From assembly GCF_003324675.1 (NCBI RefSeq), contig NZ_CP030918.1, positions 3,218,999 through 3,250,998 of the forward strand: a stretch of 32,000 bases of DNA, written 5' to 3'. The DNA is from Paracoccus suum. Its GTDB lineage: Bacteria > Pseudomonadota > Alphaproteobacteria > Rhodobacterales > Rhodobacteraceae. Below the pieces are notes generated by a model. It saw only the letters and a program-made list of their open reading frames with translations, ran no database searches and had not been told where the DNA came from. This document shows positions 9,855 to 17,408 of this stretch, piece after piece. The position numbers and the translations under genes were made by a program. The stretch's first letter is position 1. The number at the start of each line of letters is the position of its first letter.

Positions 9855-9881
9855 GGAACGAACTCACCATGCTGCCACGTT
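9855..9881 (+). promoter_or_regulatory. ECF (EcfG/general-stress)-like promoter motif GGAAC-N18-CGTT upstream of the PRC-barrel gene
   Basis: GGAAC at 9855-9859 and CGTT at 9878-9881, 63 nt upstream of ATG 9944. The spacer is 1 nt longer than the canonical N16-17, so this is tentative. Confidence 0.3.
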
Positions 9882-9943
9882 TCCCTCTCGCAGCGGCCGG
9901 GCAACCGGACGCGACGATCCTTGATCAATATCGGAGACGCTTC

Positions 9944-10894
9944 ATGCAAAAGTTCCTGCTGACGACGGCCCTCGTGCTGCCCCTGACCGCTGGCTTCGGC
10001 TTTGCCCAGACCAGCACCACCAGCACGACAACCACCACCGAGCCGGCTGTGACTGCGCCGACCGCTGGGGATGCGGCAGCTGCTGCCGCTGATAATGCGG
10101 CCACCGAGGCGGGCAAGGCTGCCGATGCCGCGGTCGACGCTGCCGGCAAGGCCGCGGACGCCGCGGGCGAAGCTGCCAGCGATGCGGTCGATGCCGCGGG
10201 CGACGCCGCGAAGGCCGCCGGTGACACGGCCGAAGAGGCTGCCGACAAGGCCGCCGACGCGATGAAGCCGGATGCCGCCACCCCCACCACGACTGAGACC
10301 CCGGCGGCGGGCGAGACGACCACCACCCCGGTGGCTGGCGAGACCACCACCACCGTTGCCCCCGCCTCGGGCGAGACGACCACGACGACCACCACGGCGC
10401 CGGTTGATGGCAGCGTGTCGACCACCGACACCACCAGCACCGAAGTGGCGGCGCCGGTCGCTGTTCCGGATGACGTCGTGCGTGAGCAGGCCCCTGACGA
10501 GCTGCGTGCGGCCTGGATTAACGGCAGCACTGTCACCTCGACCGATGGAGAGAACGTCGGCACGATCAAGGACATCATCCTGGACGACAAGGGCGCGATG
10601 AAGGCGGCGATCGTGGGCGTTGGTGGTTTCCTCGGGATCGGCGAAAAGCAGATCGCGATCGACTGGTCGAAACTGACCATCGACTACGATGCCAACAAGA
10701 TCACTACCGCGATCACTCGCGAGGAAGCCAAGGCTGCGCCCGGCTATGTCTTCCGCGACCGCGAAGCTGCTCCGGCGCCGGTCGCTGATACCGCAGCCGC
10801 GCCCGCCGCGACTACCGCGCCTGCGGATACCCCGGCTGCACCGGCAGATCCCGCCGCGCCCGCTGGCACGACCACGACCCCGCCGGCAAACTGA
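9944..10894 (+). CDS. Secreted PRC-barrel domain protein with Ala/Asp-rich 11-mer repeats and Thr-rich linkers
   Basis: ATG 9944 preceded by GGAGA. Signal peptide MQKFLLTTALVLPLTAGFGFA-Q. PRC-barrel signature VGTIKDIILDDKGAMKAAIVGVGGFLGIGEKQIAIDWSKL. The upstream part of ORF 9680-10894 was rejected as coding. Confidence 0.8.
   Translation: MQKFLLTTALVLPLTAGFGFAQTSTTSTTTTTEPAVTAPTAGDAAAAAADNAATEAGKAADAAVDAAGKAADAAGEAASDAVDAAGDAAKAAGDTAEEAADKAADAMKPDAATPTTTETPAAGETTTTPVAGETTTTVAPASGETTTTTTTAPVDGSVSTTDTTSTEVAAPVAVPDDVVREQAPDELRAAWINGSTVTSTDGENVGTIKDIILDDKGAMKAAIVGVGGFLGIGEKQIAIDWSKLTIDYDANKITTAITREEAKAAPGYVFRDREAAPAPVADTAAAPAATTAPADTPAAPADPAAPAGTTTTPPAN
10064..10273 (+). repeat. In-frame 33-nt (11-residue) periodic repeat inside the PRC-barrel gene
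   Basis: Consecutive 11-mers AGKAADAAVDA / AGKAADAAGEA / ASDAVDAAGDA / AKAAGDTAEEA / ADKAADAMKPD, read directly from the translation. The matching 33-nt DNA units each start with GCC/GCG. Confidence 0.7.
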
Positions 10895-10916
10895 TCGCCA
10901 CCAAGGCATAATCTGG

Positions 10917-10946
10917 AAGGGGGGCGGGCAAACCCGCCCCCCTTTT
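10917..10946 (+). terminator. Rho-independent terminator after the PRC-barrel gene
   Basis: Perfect 10-bp stem GGGGGGCGGG/CCCGCCCCCC with CAAA loop, followed by TTTT. Confidence 0.85.
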
Positions 10947-10994
10947 CACATCACTGTCATACAGGTAGCTTGGTCTGGACCGCCGGAGACGCCC

Positions 10995-11597
10995 ATGCTG
11001 CAACATTTGGACTACTACTTCGGCACCATCAGCCCTTACGCCTATCTTGCGGGTGACAGGCTGGAGCGGATCGCTGCCGACCGTGGCGCAGAAATCACCT
11101 ACAAGCCATTGGACATCATGCAGTTATTCGATCGAACCGGCGGCGTTCGTCCGCAGGTCCGGCACGAAAGCCGTATGGCCTATCGCGCGCAAGAGCTTGC
11201 GCGCTGGGCGGAACACCTGGGCATGCCGCTGAACCTCAAGCCAGCCGCGGGCATGGTGAATGCCGTCCCCTCCTCCTACGCGATCATCGCGGCGCAGGCT
11301 GCGGGCGGCGGAAATCTGCCGATGCTGGTCCAGTCGATCCTGCGCGCGCATTGGGCCGAGGACCGCGACATTTCTTCCGACACCGTCCTGCGGGAGTTGC
11401 TGCAAGACGCCGGCTTCGATCCCGACCTTGTCGAAAGCGGCCTTTTCATCGGTGCCGAGACCTGCGGCCGAAATCTTGACGAGGCGGTCCTGGCGGGCGT
11501 TTTCGGGTCCCCCTTCTACATCTTGCGCGAAACCGACCAGCGGTTCTGGGGACAGGACAGGCTCGAATTCCTCGACCGCGCCTTGGCAAATCAATGA
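10995..11597 (+). CDS. 2-hydroxychromene-2-carboxylate isomerase family protein (DsbA-like / GST-kappa fold)
   Basis: N-terminus LDYYFGTISPYAYLA and C-terminal GVFGSPFYIL...FWGQDRLEFL are typical of this family. Internal ATG 10995 chosen; the upstream ORF extension is Arg/Pro-rich. Confidence 0.85.
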   Translation: MLQHLDYYFGTISPYAYLAGDRLERIAADRGAEITYKPLDIMQLFDRTGGVRPQVRHESRMAYRAQELARWAEHLGMPLNLKPAAGMVNAVPSSYAIIAAQAAGGGNLPMLVQSILRAHWAEDRDISSDTVLRELLQDAGFDPDLVESGLFIGAETCGRNLDEAVLAGVFGSPFYILRETDQRFWGQDRLEFLDRALANQ

Positions 11598-12370
11598 CGA
11601 TCGCCGAACGCACCTGGCCAGGTGATCCAAATCGGCCGGCCTTGGCGCTGCACTGCTCGATGGGCTCGTCCAGCTACTGGGGGCCGATTGCCGACCGGCT
11701 GGAAGGTGTTGTCTCGCTGTCGGCATTCGACGCGCCGGGCCACGGCCGCAGCCCCGACTGGCGGCGCGCCAGCAGCGGCGGCGTCGACTACCACACCGCG
11801 GTCACTCGTCTGGCGGCGGCGCGGATCGGCCAGCCGATGGACCTGATCGGCCACTCGCTCGGTGCGACGGTCGCGCTGCGGATCGCCGTCTCTGCCCCCC
11901 AGTCGGTGCGCAGTCTTACGCTGATCGAGCCGGTCCTGTTCGCCGCGGCGCCGGGTGCCGAGGCTGACCCGCTGCATCAGCGCATGACCCGCCTGCTGGA
12001 AGCAGGACAGGACGAGGAGGCGACCCGCGCCTTCCTCTCTGTCTGGGGGGATGGCCATTTTGACGATCTGCCGGCGCTCACCCAGACCCGCATGATCCAG
12101 CAGATTCGGCTGGTCGCCGAGGCGAATGACACGCTGATCTTTGACCGTGCCGATATCCTACGCGATGGCGGCCTGGAGGCGATCGGCGTTCCGGTGATGC
12201 TCATCCGCGGAAGCAACTCGCCACCCGTGATCGCACAGATCGCGGATGCCCTGGCAGCCCGCCTGCCCGATGTGGCCCGCGCCGAGGTGCCGGGCGCCGG
12301 GCACATGCTGCCGATCACGCATCCGTACAAGGTCGCGGACCTGATCCGGGTCAATCTGGAACGCTCCTGA
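11594..12370 (+). CDS. Alpha/beta-fold hydrolase (Ser nucleophile)
   Basis: GHSLGA nucleophile elbow, C-terminal GAGHMLP His motif. The ATG overlaps the stop of the previous gene (ATGA 11594-11597). Confidence 0.85.
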   Translation: MTIAERTWPGDPNRPALALHCSMGSSSYWGPIADRLEGVVSLSAFDAPGHGRSPDWRRASSGGVDYHTAVTRLAAARIGQPMDLIGHSLGATVALRIAVSAPQSVRSLTLIEPVLFAAAPGAEADPLHQRMTRLLEAGQDEEATRAFLSVWGDGHFDDLPALTQTRMIQQIRLVAEANDTLIFDRADILRDGGLEAIGVPVMLIRGSNSPPVIAQIADALAARLPDVARAEVPGAGHMLPITHPYKVADLIRVNLERS

Positions 12371-12394
12371 CCGCGCCGGATTTGACCGGCGCGG
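12371..12394. terminator. GC-rich hairpin between convergent genes (possible bidirectional terminator, no U-tract)
   Basis: CCGCGCCGG-ATTTGA-CCGGCGCGG, a 9-bp perfect stem immediately after the hydrolase stop and 12 nt before the ltaE stop. Confidence 0.4.
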
Positions 12395-12405
12395 GGCCCG
12401 TCGGT

Positions 12406-13443
12406 CTAGCCGCGCAGGACCTCGACCAGGCCATCGACCTCGGCCTCGGACGTGGACCAACCGCAGACCAGCCGCACCGAGACATCGCCCTCTTCCGACT
12501 GGACCTGGGGCCAAAGATGATAGCGCGCGCCGGCCGCCCGCGCACGTGCGTGGGCAGCAGCAGTCAGGGTGGGAAACAGCTGGTTCGCCTCGACTGGGTG
12601 ATGCAGGGTAACCTCCGCTTCCCGCAACCCGGCCGCCAGTCGCGCCGCCATCGCGTTCGCGTGCCCGGCGAGTTCCAGCCACAGCCCGTCCTGCAGCAGG
12701 GCCAGCATCTGCGCCGCGAGATAGCGGTGCTTGCTCATCAGGTGTCCGGCACGCATCCGGCGCATGTCCAGCCCGCGCGCGCGGGCGGGATCGAACACCA
12801 CCACCGCCTCCAGCATCATCGCGCCGTTTTTGGTCCCGCCAAAACTGAGGACATCGACTCCGGCCCGGTGCGTCAACTCGGCGGGGGTGCAACCGAGGGC
12901 CGCGACCGCGTTGGCAAAACGCGCGCCGTCCATATGCACCGCCATGCCGGCCGCCCGCGCCTTGGCTGACAGGGCGGCCACAGCGTCGGGCGTGTAGATC
13001 GTGCCGAGTTCGGTCGAATTGGTTAGCGTCAGGGCCGTGCGCTCGCCCGCGTGGACGTCCTTGCGGCTCATGTCGTGCAGGCGGCGGCCGAGGGCCTCGG
13101 GCGTGATCCGCCCGTCCGTCGTCGAGATCGGCACCAGCGTCGCGCCGCCCGTATAGAACGGAATCGCGCCACATTCGCTGGTCAGGACATGGGCGGTATT
13201 GGCGCAGAAAATCTTGCCCCAGGACAGGCTGATGGCCGACAGCGACAGCGCATTGGCCGCGGTGCCGCCGGCGACCAGCCAGACCTCTGCCTCCGGCGAC
13301 TCGAACAATTCCCGCACCGCCGCCGTCGCCTGCGCGGTCAACTCGTCCGTGCCGTAGGCGGGGGAATGGCCGGCGCTTGCCTCGGCCAGGGCAGCCATGA
13401 TGCGCGGGTGAACGCCAGACGTGTTGTCCGAGGCGAAATTCAT
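12406..13443 (-). CDS. ltaE: Low-specificity L-threonine aldolase (PLP-dependent)
   Basis: N-terminus MNFASDNTSGVHPRIMAAL, PLP-lysine region SFGGTKNG, length 345 aa. Confidence 0.9.
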   Translation of the reverse strand: MNFASDNTSGVHPRIMAALAEASAGHSPAYGTDELTAQATAAVRELFESPEAEVWLVAGGTAANALSLSAISLSWGKIFCANTAHVLTSECGAIPFYTGGATLVPISTTDGRITPEALGRRLHDMSRKDVHAGERTALTLTNSTELGTIYTPDAVAALSAKARAAGMAVHMDGARFANAVAALGCTPAELTHRAGVDVLSFGGTKNGAMMLEAVVVFDPARARGLDMRRMRAGHLMSKHRYLAAQMLALLQDGLWLELAGHANAMAARLAAGLREAEVTLHHPVEANQLFPTLTAAAHARARAAGARYHLWPQVQSEEGDVSVRLVCGWSTSEAEVDGLVEVLRG

Positions 13444-13444
13444 G

Positions 13445-13885
13445 TCACAGATCCTCGATGATGTATTCGTCCCAATCGTCCTCGGTGACGGTCAACTCGC
13501 TGACCGTCCAGCCCTGGACCGAGGCACCGGCGCGATGGACCGCCTGCCGGTCGCCGCAAATCAGATGGTGCCAGTCATAGAGCGGCTTGCCCTTTGCCCG
13601 CAGCCGGTAGGCGCAGGTGGAGGGCAGCCACCAGTCGATCTCGGCCAGCTTTTCCGAGGTCAGCACGACGCAATCGGGCACGTAGTCATGCCGGTTGGGA
13701 TAGCTGCTGCAGGCGCAGGTGTGACCGTCCAACAGGCGGCAGGCGACACGGGTGAAGGCGACCTCGCCGGTATCCTCGTATTCGATCTTGTTCAGGCAGC
13801 ACTTGCCGCAACCGTCACAGAGCGCCTCCCACTCGGGGCGGGTCAGATCGGCCAAGGGCAGCTCCCAGAACCTTTCCCGCATCAT
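13445..13885 (-). CDS. ycgN: YcgN (UPF0260) family Cys-rich protein
   Basis: WEALCDGCGKCCLNK...VACRLLD..C.C motif closely parallels E. coli YcgN. The ATG at 13885 overlaps the ribF stop (ATGA). Its own stop is 1 nt from the ltaE start. Confidence 0.9.
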   Translation of the reverse strand: MMRERFWELPLADLTRPEWEALCDGCGKCCLNKIEYEDTGEVAFTRVACRLLDGHTCACSSYPNRHDYVPDCVVLTSEKLAEIDWWLPSTCAYRLRAKGKPLYDWHHLICGDRQAVHRAGASVQGWTVSELTVTEDDWDEYIIEDL

Positions 13886-14874
13886 GTCGCCGCGAGGACG
13901 CGCCGGGCGTCGATGACGTCCTGCTCCATCTGGATGATCAGTTGCTGGGCGCAATTGAAGGCCATCTCGGGGCGCAGAAAGGCGATCAGCGCGACCGACA
14001 GGTGCTCGCCATACAGATCGCCGTTGAAATCCAGCAAGAAGGTTTCAAGGTTCGGGGCATTGACGCCGAAGGTTGGGCGCACACCAAGGCTGGCAGCGCC
14101 GCCATGGGTTTCGCCGGCGCGCGGGCCGGTCAGGATGTCGGCGCGGACCGCGTACACCCCGAAACGCGGAAGGTGCAGCCCGTCCATGGCCATGTTCGCC
14201 GTCGGATAGCCCAGCGTCCGCCCGCGTTTTTCGCCGTGCAGCACCTCGCCTTCGATCCGGTGCCAATGGCCGAGCATGCGCTCTGCCTCGTCGGGGCGGC
14301 CCTCGCTCAGCGCCTTGCGGATGCGGGTCGAGCTGAAATCGGTGCCTGCCTCGCCGACCAGCGGCTGCGCGCTGACGGAAAAGCCGTTGGCCGGGCCGAG
14401 ATCGACCAGCATCGCCGCGTCGCCCTGACGGCCGCGGCCAAAGCGGAAATCGGCGCCGACCGCGACATGACTGACGCCAAGGCCGCGCGCCAGCACGTCG
14501 GCAGCGAAAGCTTCAGCCGATTGCGAGGCAATGCGCTCATCGAACGGCAGTTGGAACAGGTGCTGGACGCCGAGGCGCTGCAGACGATGGGCGCGGGCCT
14601 CGGCGTTCATCAGCCGGAAAGGTGGCGCGTCGGGGGCAAAATACTGGCGCGGATGCGGCTCGAAGGTGACGACGCCGAGGGGGCGACCCCGCTCGTCCGC
14701 GACGGCGCGGGCGGCGTCGATGACGGCACGATGCCCCCGATGGATCCCGTCGAAATTGCCCAAGGCCACCGCTGCGCCGCGCGCGTCTTCGGGCAGGCCG
14801 TTCCAGTCGGTATGGATGTGCAAACGAACGCCCCCGAAGGCTGGGTTAGGACCGCCGGCCGTCTGCGGCAGCAA
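13882..14874 (-). CDS. ribF: Bifunctional riboflavin kinase / FMN adenylyltransferase
   Basis: GNFDGIHRGH FAD-synthetase motif and a C-terminal riboflavin kinase domain (GYPTAN, PTFG). The only in-frame start upstream of the motif is TTG 14874, so the start is uncertain. Confidence 0.92.
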   Translation of the reverse strand: MLPQTAGGPNPAFGGVRLHIHTDWNGLPEDARGAAVALGNFDGIHRGHRAVIDAARAVADERGRPLGVVTFEPHPRQYFAPDAPPFRLMNAEARAHRLQRLGVQHLFQLPFDERIASQSAEAFAADVLARGLGVSHVAVGADFRFGRGRQGDAAMLVDLGPANGFSVSAQPLVGEAGTDFSSTRIRKALSEGRPDEAERMLGHWHRIEGEVLHGEKRGRTLGYPTANMAMDGLHLPRFGVYAVRADILTGPRAGETHGGAASLGVRPTFGVNAPNLETFLLDFNGDLYGEHLSVALIAFLRPEMAFNCAQQLIIQMEQDVIDARRVLAAT

Positions 14875-15007
14875 TCCCGGCCTGCCAGCGGTATCGCCGA
14901 GGCCGGAAGTGGTTGCAAGGCGGCTTGCCCGCGCCGGCTGCCCGGCGCCACACGCATGTGGCGATGGCGGGGGCGGGCATCAACCCGCGCCGCACCTCGC
15001 CGAGGCC

Positions 15008-15889
15008 TCAGCGAAGGCGGCCGATGCTGTAGGTCGGGGCCAGCCCACGCCCGGCGAGCCACTCGTCAAGCATCTGGGCCAGCGGTGCTTCCGGGTCGGG
15101 GCCGAACTGGTCGAAGGCGAGGCCGCCGCTGATGAACAGCGCGTCCAGCCCCTCGTTGATCGCGCCAAGGACATCAGTGGTGATGCCGTCGCCGGCGGCG
15201 ACAATCCGGGCACTGGCATCTAGACGCAGACTCCGTGCCGCAAGCTGGTAGATCGGCGGATGGGGCTTGCCGACATAAATCGCCTCGCCGCCCAGCTGCT
15301 GGTAAAGCTCGGCCAAGGCACCCGCGCAATAGATGCGCTTGTCACCGAAATCGACGACGATATCGGGGTTGGCGCACAGCATCGGCAGGCCGCGCGCCGC
15401 GGCCTCGGTCAGGACGGTCAGGTAGTCCTGCGGGCCCTCGGTCATGTCGTCGAAAAGGCCGGTGCAGACGATGCCCTCGGCCTCGTCCATCGGCACGCGG
15501 GTGATGGGGAGGCGCGGGCTGTCGTCGGGCAGATCGGGCGGTAGGTCGGTGAAGAAGCTATCATCCTTATCCGGGCCCAGGTGCCAGACCCGCTGTCCGA
15601 CCACGCCGCGCAGCATCGCATCCTGCGCCGCGTCGCCGGAGGTCACGATCACGTCCCAGGCCGCGCGGGGAATGCCCATGCGATCCAGTTGCGCCTCGAT
15701 CATCACTGCCGGGCGCGGGGCGTTGGTCAGCAGCGCCACGCGGCGCGCACCGCCATCGCGAAACGCTAGTAGAGCCTCAACCGCGGACGGGAAGGCGCGC
15801 TGTCCATCATGGACCGCGCCCCACAGGTCGCAAAAGATCGTGTCGTATTCGCCGGCGATTTCCGCCAGCGACTGAATGATGCGGGTCAC
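15008..15889 (-). CDS. HAD-superfamily hydrolase, subfamily IIA (TIGR01459-like)
   Basis: Catalytic motif I FCDLWGAVHDG (DxxG), motif IV GDGITTD. GTG start 5 nt after the ppaC stop. Confidence 0.85.
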   Translation of the reverse strand: MTRIIQSLAEIAGEYDTIFCDLWGAVHDGQRAFPSAVEALLAFRDGGARRVALLTNAPRPAVMIEAQLDRMGIPRAAWDVIVTSGDAAQDAMLRGVVGQRVWHLGPDKDDSFFTDLPPDLPDDSPRLPITRVPMDEAEGIVCTGLFDDMTEGPQDYLTVLTEAAARGLPMLCANPDIVVDFGDKRIYCAGALAELYQQLGGEAIYVGKPHPPIYQLAARSLRLDASARIVAAGDGITTDVLGAINEGLDALFISGGLAFDQFGPDPEAPLAQMLDEWLAGRGLAPTYSIGRLR

Positions 15890-15894
15890 TGGAA

Positions 15895-16812
15895 TCAGAC
15901 CTTCAGGACCGGAATGATCTGCTTTTTGCGGCTGACAACACCCGGCAGCAGGACCGTATCGCCGGTCACCGGGACGCCAAAGCTGCGCGTGGCAACGCCG
16001 GCGACCCAGGGGTTCGGGACCAGCAAGGTCGCCTCTTCGCGCAGGATGTCGACGACGAACAGCAGCACCTCATCAGCGCCGTCCTCGGCCGCGACGCCGG
16101 GCATGGCCGCCATCAACGCGTCCTTGCGGGCCAGCAGCACCTCGGGGGCGGTGGTCTCGAGGACCGACACGCGCAGGCGCTTGTCGCCCAGATCGTATTC
16201 CTTGCTGTCGATGCGCAGCAGCGCCTCGTCGGCGAAGGCCGAGACGTTCGACTTGGCACGGAACATTTCGGTCGCATAGGCCGGGATCGACAGGTCCAGG
16301 TCGCGGGCCAGCTTTTCGGCGACCCAGCGATCATGCGGGGTGGTGGTCGGGCTGCGGAACTCCAGCGTGTCGGACAGGATGCAGGTCAGCATCAGGCCCT
16401 TGATGGCACGGGGCGCGCGATCAAGGTCGTCGCCGATCAGGTCGAACATGATCGTCGCCGTGCAGGCGAGCGGGCGCAGCGTCATGTTGATCGGCAGGCG
16501 GGTGGTGATGTTGCCGGCCAGCAGGTGGTGGTCGATGATCTCGATCACCTCGGCCTCGGCCAGCGAGGCGGGCAGCTCGACCGCGTTGTTGGTGTCGACG
16601 ATGACCAGCTGCTCGCCGGCGGCAACGTCCGTGATGATCTCGGGCATCTGGACGTTCCAGTGCTCGAGCATCCACACCGCCTCGGTGTTCGGCTGACCTT
16701 GCAGCACGGCCTTGGCCGGCTGCTTGCGCACGTCGTTCAGATACCAGGCCCAGATGATGGGCGAGCCGGTCGAATCGGTATCAGGGGATTTGTGGCCGAG
16801 AACCTGGATCAT
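15895..16812 (-). CDS. ppaC: Manganese-dependent inorganic pyrophosphatase (family II, DHH/DHHA2)
   Basis: GHKSPDTDS, VDTNN, IIDHH and DHHA2 SDTLEFRSPTTT motifs; 305 aa. Confidence 0.92.
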   Translation of the reverse strand: MIQVLGHKSPDTDSTGSPIIWAWYLNDVRKQPAKAVLQGQPNTEAVWMLEHWNVQMPEIITDVAAGEQLVIVDTNNAVELPASLAEAEVIEIIDHHLLAGNITTRLPINMTLRPLACTATIMFDLIGDDLDRAPRAIKGLMLTCILSDTLEFRSPTTTPHDRWVAEKLARDLDLSIPAYATEMFRAKSNVSAFADEALLRIDSKEYDLGDKRLRVSVLETTAPEVLLARKDALMAAMPGVAAEDGADEVLLFVVDILREEATLLVPNPWVAGVATRSFGVPVTGDTVLLPGVVSRKKQIIPVLKV

Positions 16813-16906
16813 CGGAAAGCCTTGCTGCGAGGGATAAAAGTTGCCGCGTCTATAGGCGCGCGGCGGCGGGATGTCACGCCCGCGCGGTGCCGTGGGCGCG
16901 GCCCGG

Positions 16907-16936
16907 TTGACCTGCGCGTCCGACCTGCCCTAGCAT
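16907..16936 (+). promoter_or_regulatory. Sigma70-like promoter candidate facing the small ORF at 17161
   Basis: TTGACC (16907-16912), 18-nt spacer, TAGCAT (16931-16936). It would give a leader of roughly 220 nt. Confidence 0.3.
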
Positions 16937-17160
16937 GCGCGCCTTAGCGATGGGAGTAATCCAGCCATGCGCCAGCACGCCTGAACCCCGCCCGCGCCGC
17001 GACCTTTAGCGTTGTGGCAATCGCCCCGCGCCTTGGCCCGGGGTCAGATGCTCAAGGGGAGTATCCTGAAATGGACCACAAGGGCTGACGCCGACCGCAG
17101 GCCGCGGGCCAAACGCCCTGTCGCGGCCAGAGAGCTTCACCCGAACGCCGGGATTACATC

Positions 17161-17358
17161 ATGCCGAAATCGACCAAGCCGCCCGTTTTCGCGGGCTTTA
17201 ACGATGCGCCAGCCAAGGATGCCAAGGCGCCTGCGGGCATCGCCGGACTGCCGGCGGGCCTGACCGCACCGCCCAAGCATCCACCTGCCAGCAAGGCGCC
17301 GCAGGTCAAGCAGATGGCGGTCAAGCCACCGCCCCTGCCACGCCGCACCACCGGTTGA
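17161..17358 (+). CDS. Hypothetical small Pro/Ala/Lys-rich protein (65 aa)
   Basis: ATG-initiated ORF with third-position G+C of about 77% by manual count and genome-typical codons (AAG, CTG, GCC, GGC). Followed by a 9-bp-stem hairpin. No recognisable domain and a weak SD. Confidence 0.4.
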   Translation: MPKSTKPPVFAGFNDAPAKDAKAPAGIAGLPAGLTAPPKHPPASKAPQVKQMAVKPPPLPRRTTG

Positions 17359-17373
17359 GCTAAGCCGAGCGTC

Positions 17374-17406
17374 GCCCGAAGGCCGGTCCCGCGCCCGCCT
17401 TCGGGC
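17374..17406. terminator. Hairpin between the convergent small ORF and the DUF1345 gene
   Basis: GCCCGAAGG-N15-CCTTCGGGC, a 9-bp perfect stem with no clear U-tract. Confidence 0.4.
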
Positions 17407-17408
17407 CC

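Noticed and set aside
9680-9943. 5' extensions of several ORFs: 9680-9943 (PRC-barrel), 10689-10994 (HCCA isomerase), 6359-6514 (purD), 24868-25095 (gltX), 31002-31193 (creatininase), 21463-22167 (efp) and 9663-9806 (prs).
   Set aside because: The extensions are Arg/Pro-rich and cross divergent promoters or neighbouring genes. In each case an internal ATG with an SD coincides with the conserved family N-terminus or a signal peptide.
17012-17263. 83-aa ORF (TTG start) overlapping the 65-aa ORF in another frame.
   Set aside because: It is Arg-rich, uses rare codons (AGG, AGA, AGT, ACA) and has no SD. The 17161-17358 frame has the better codon usage, although that ORF is itself only tentatively called.
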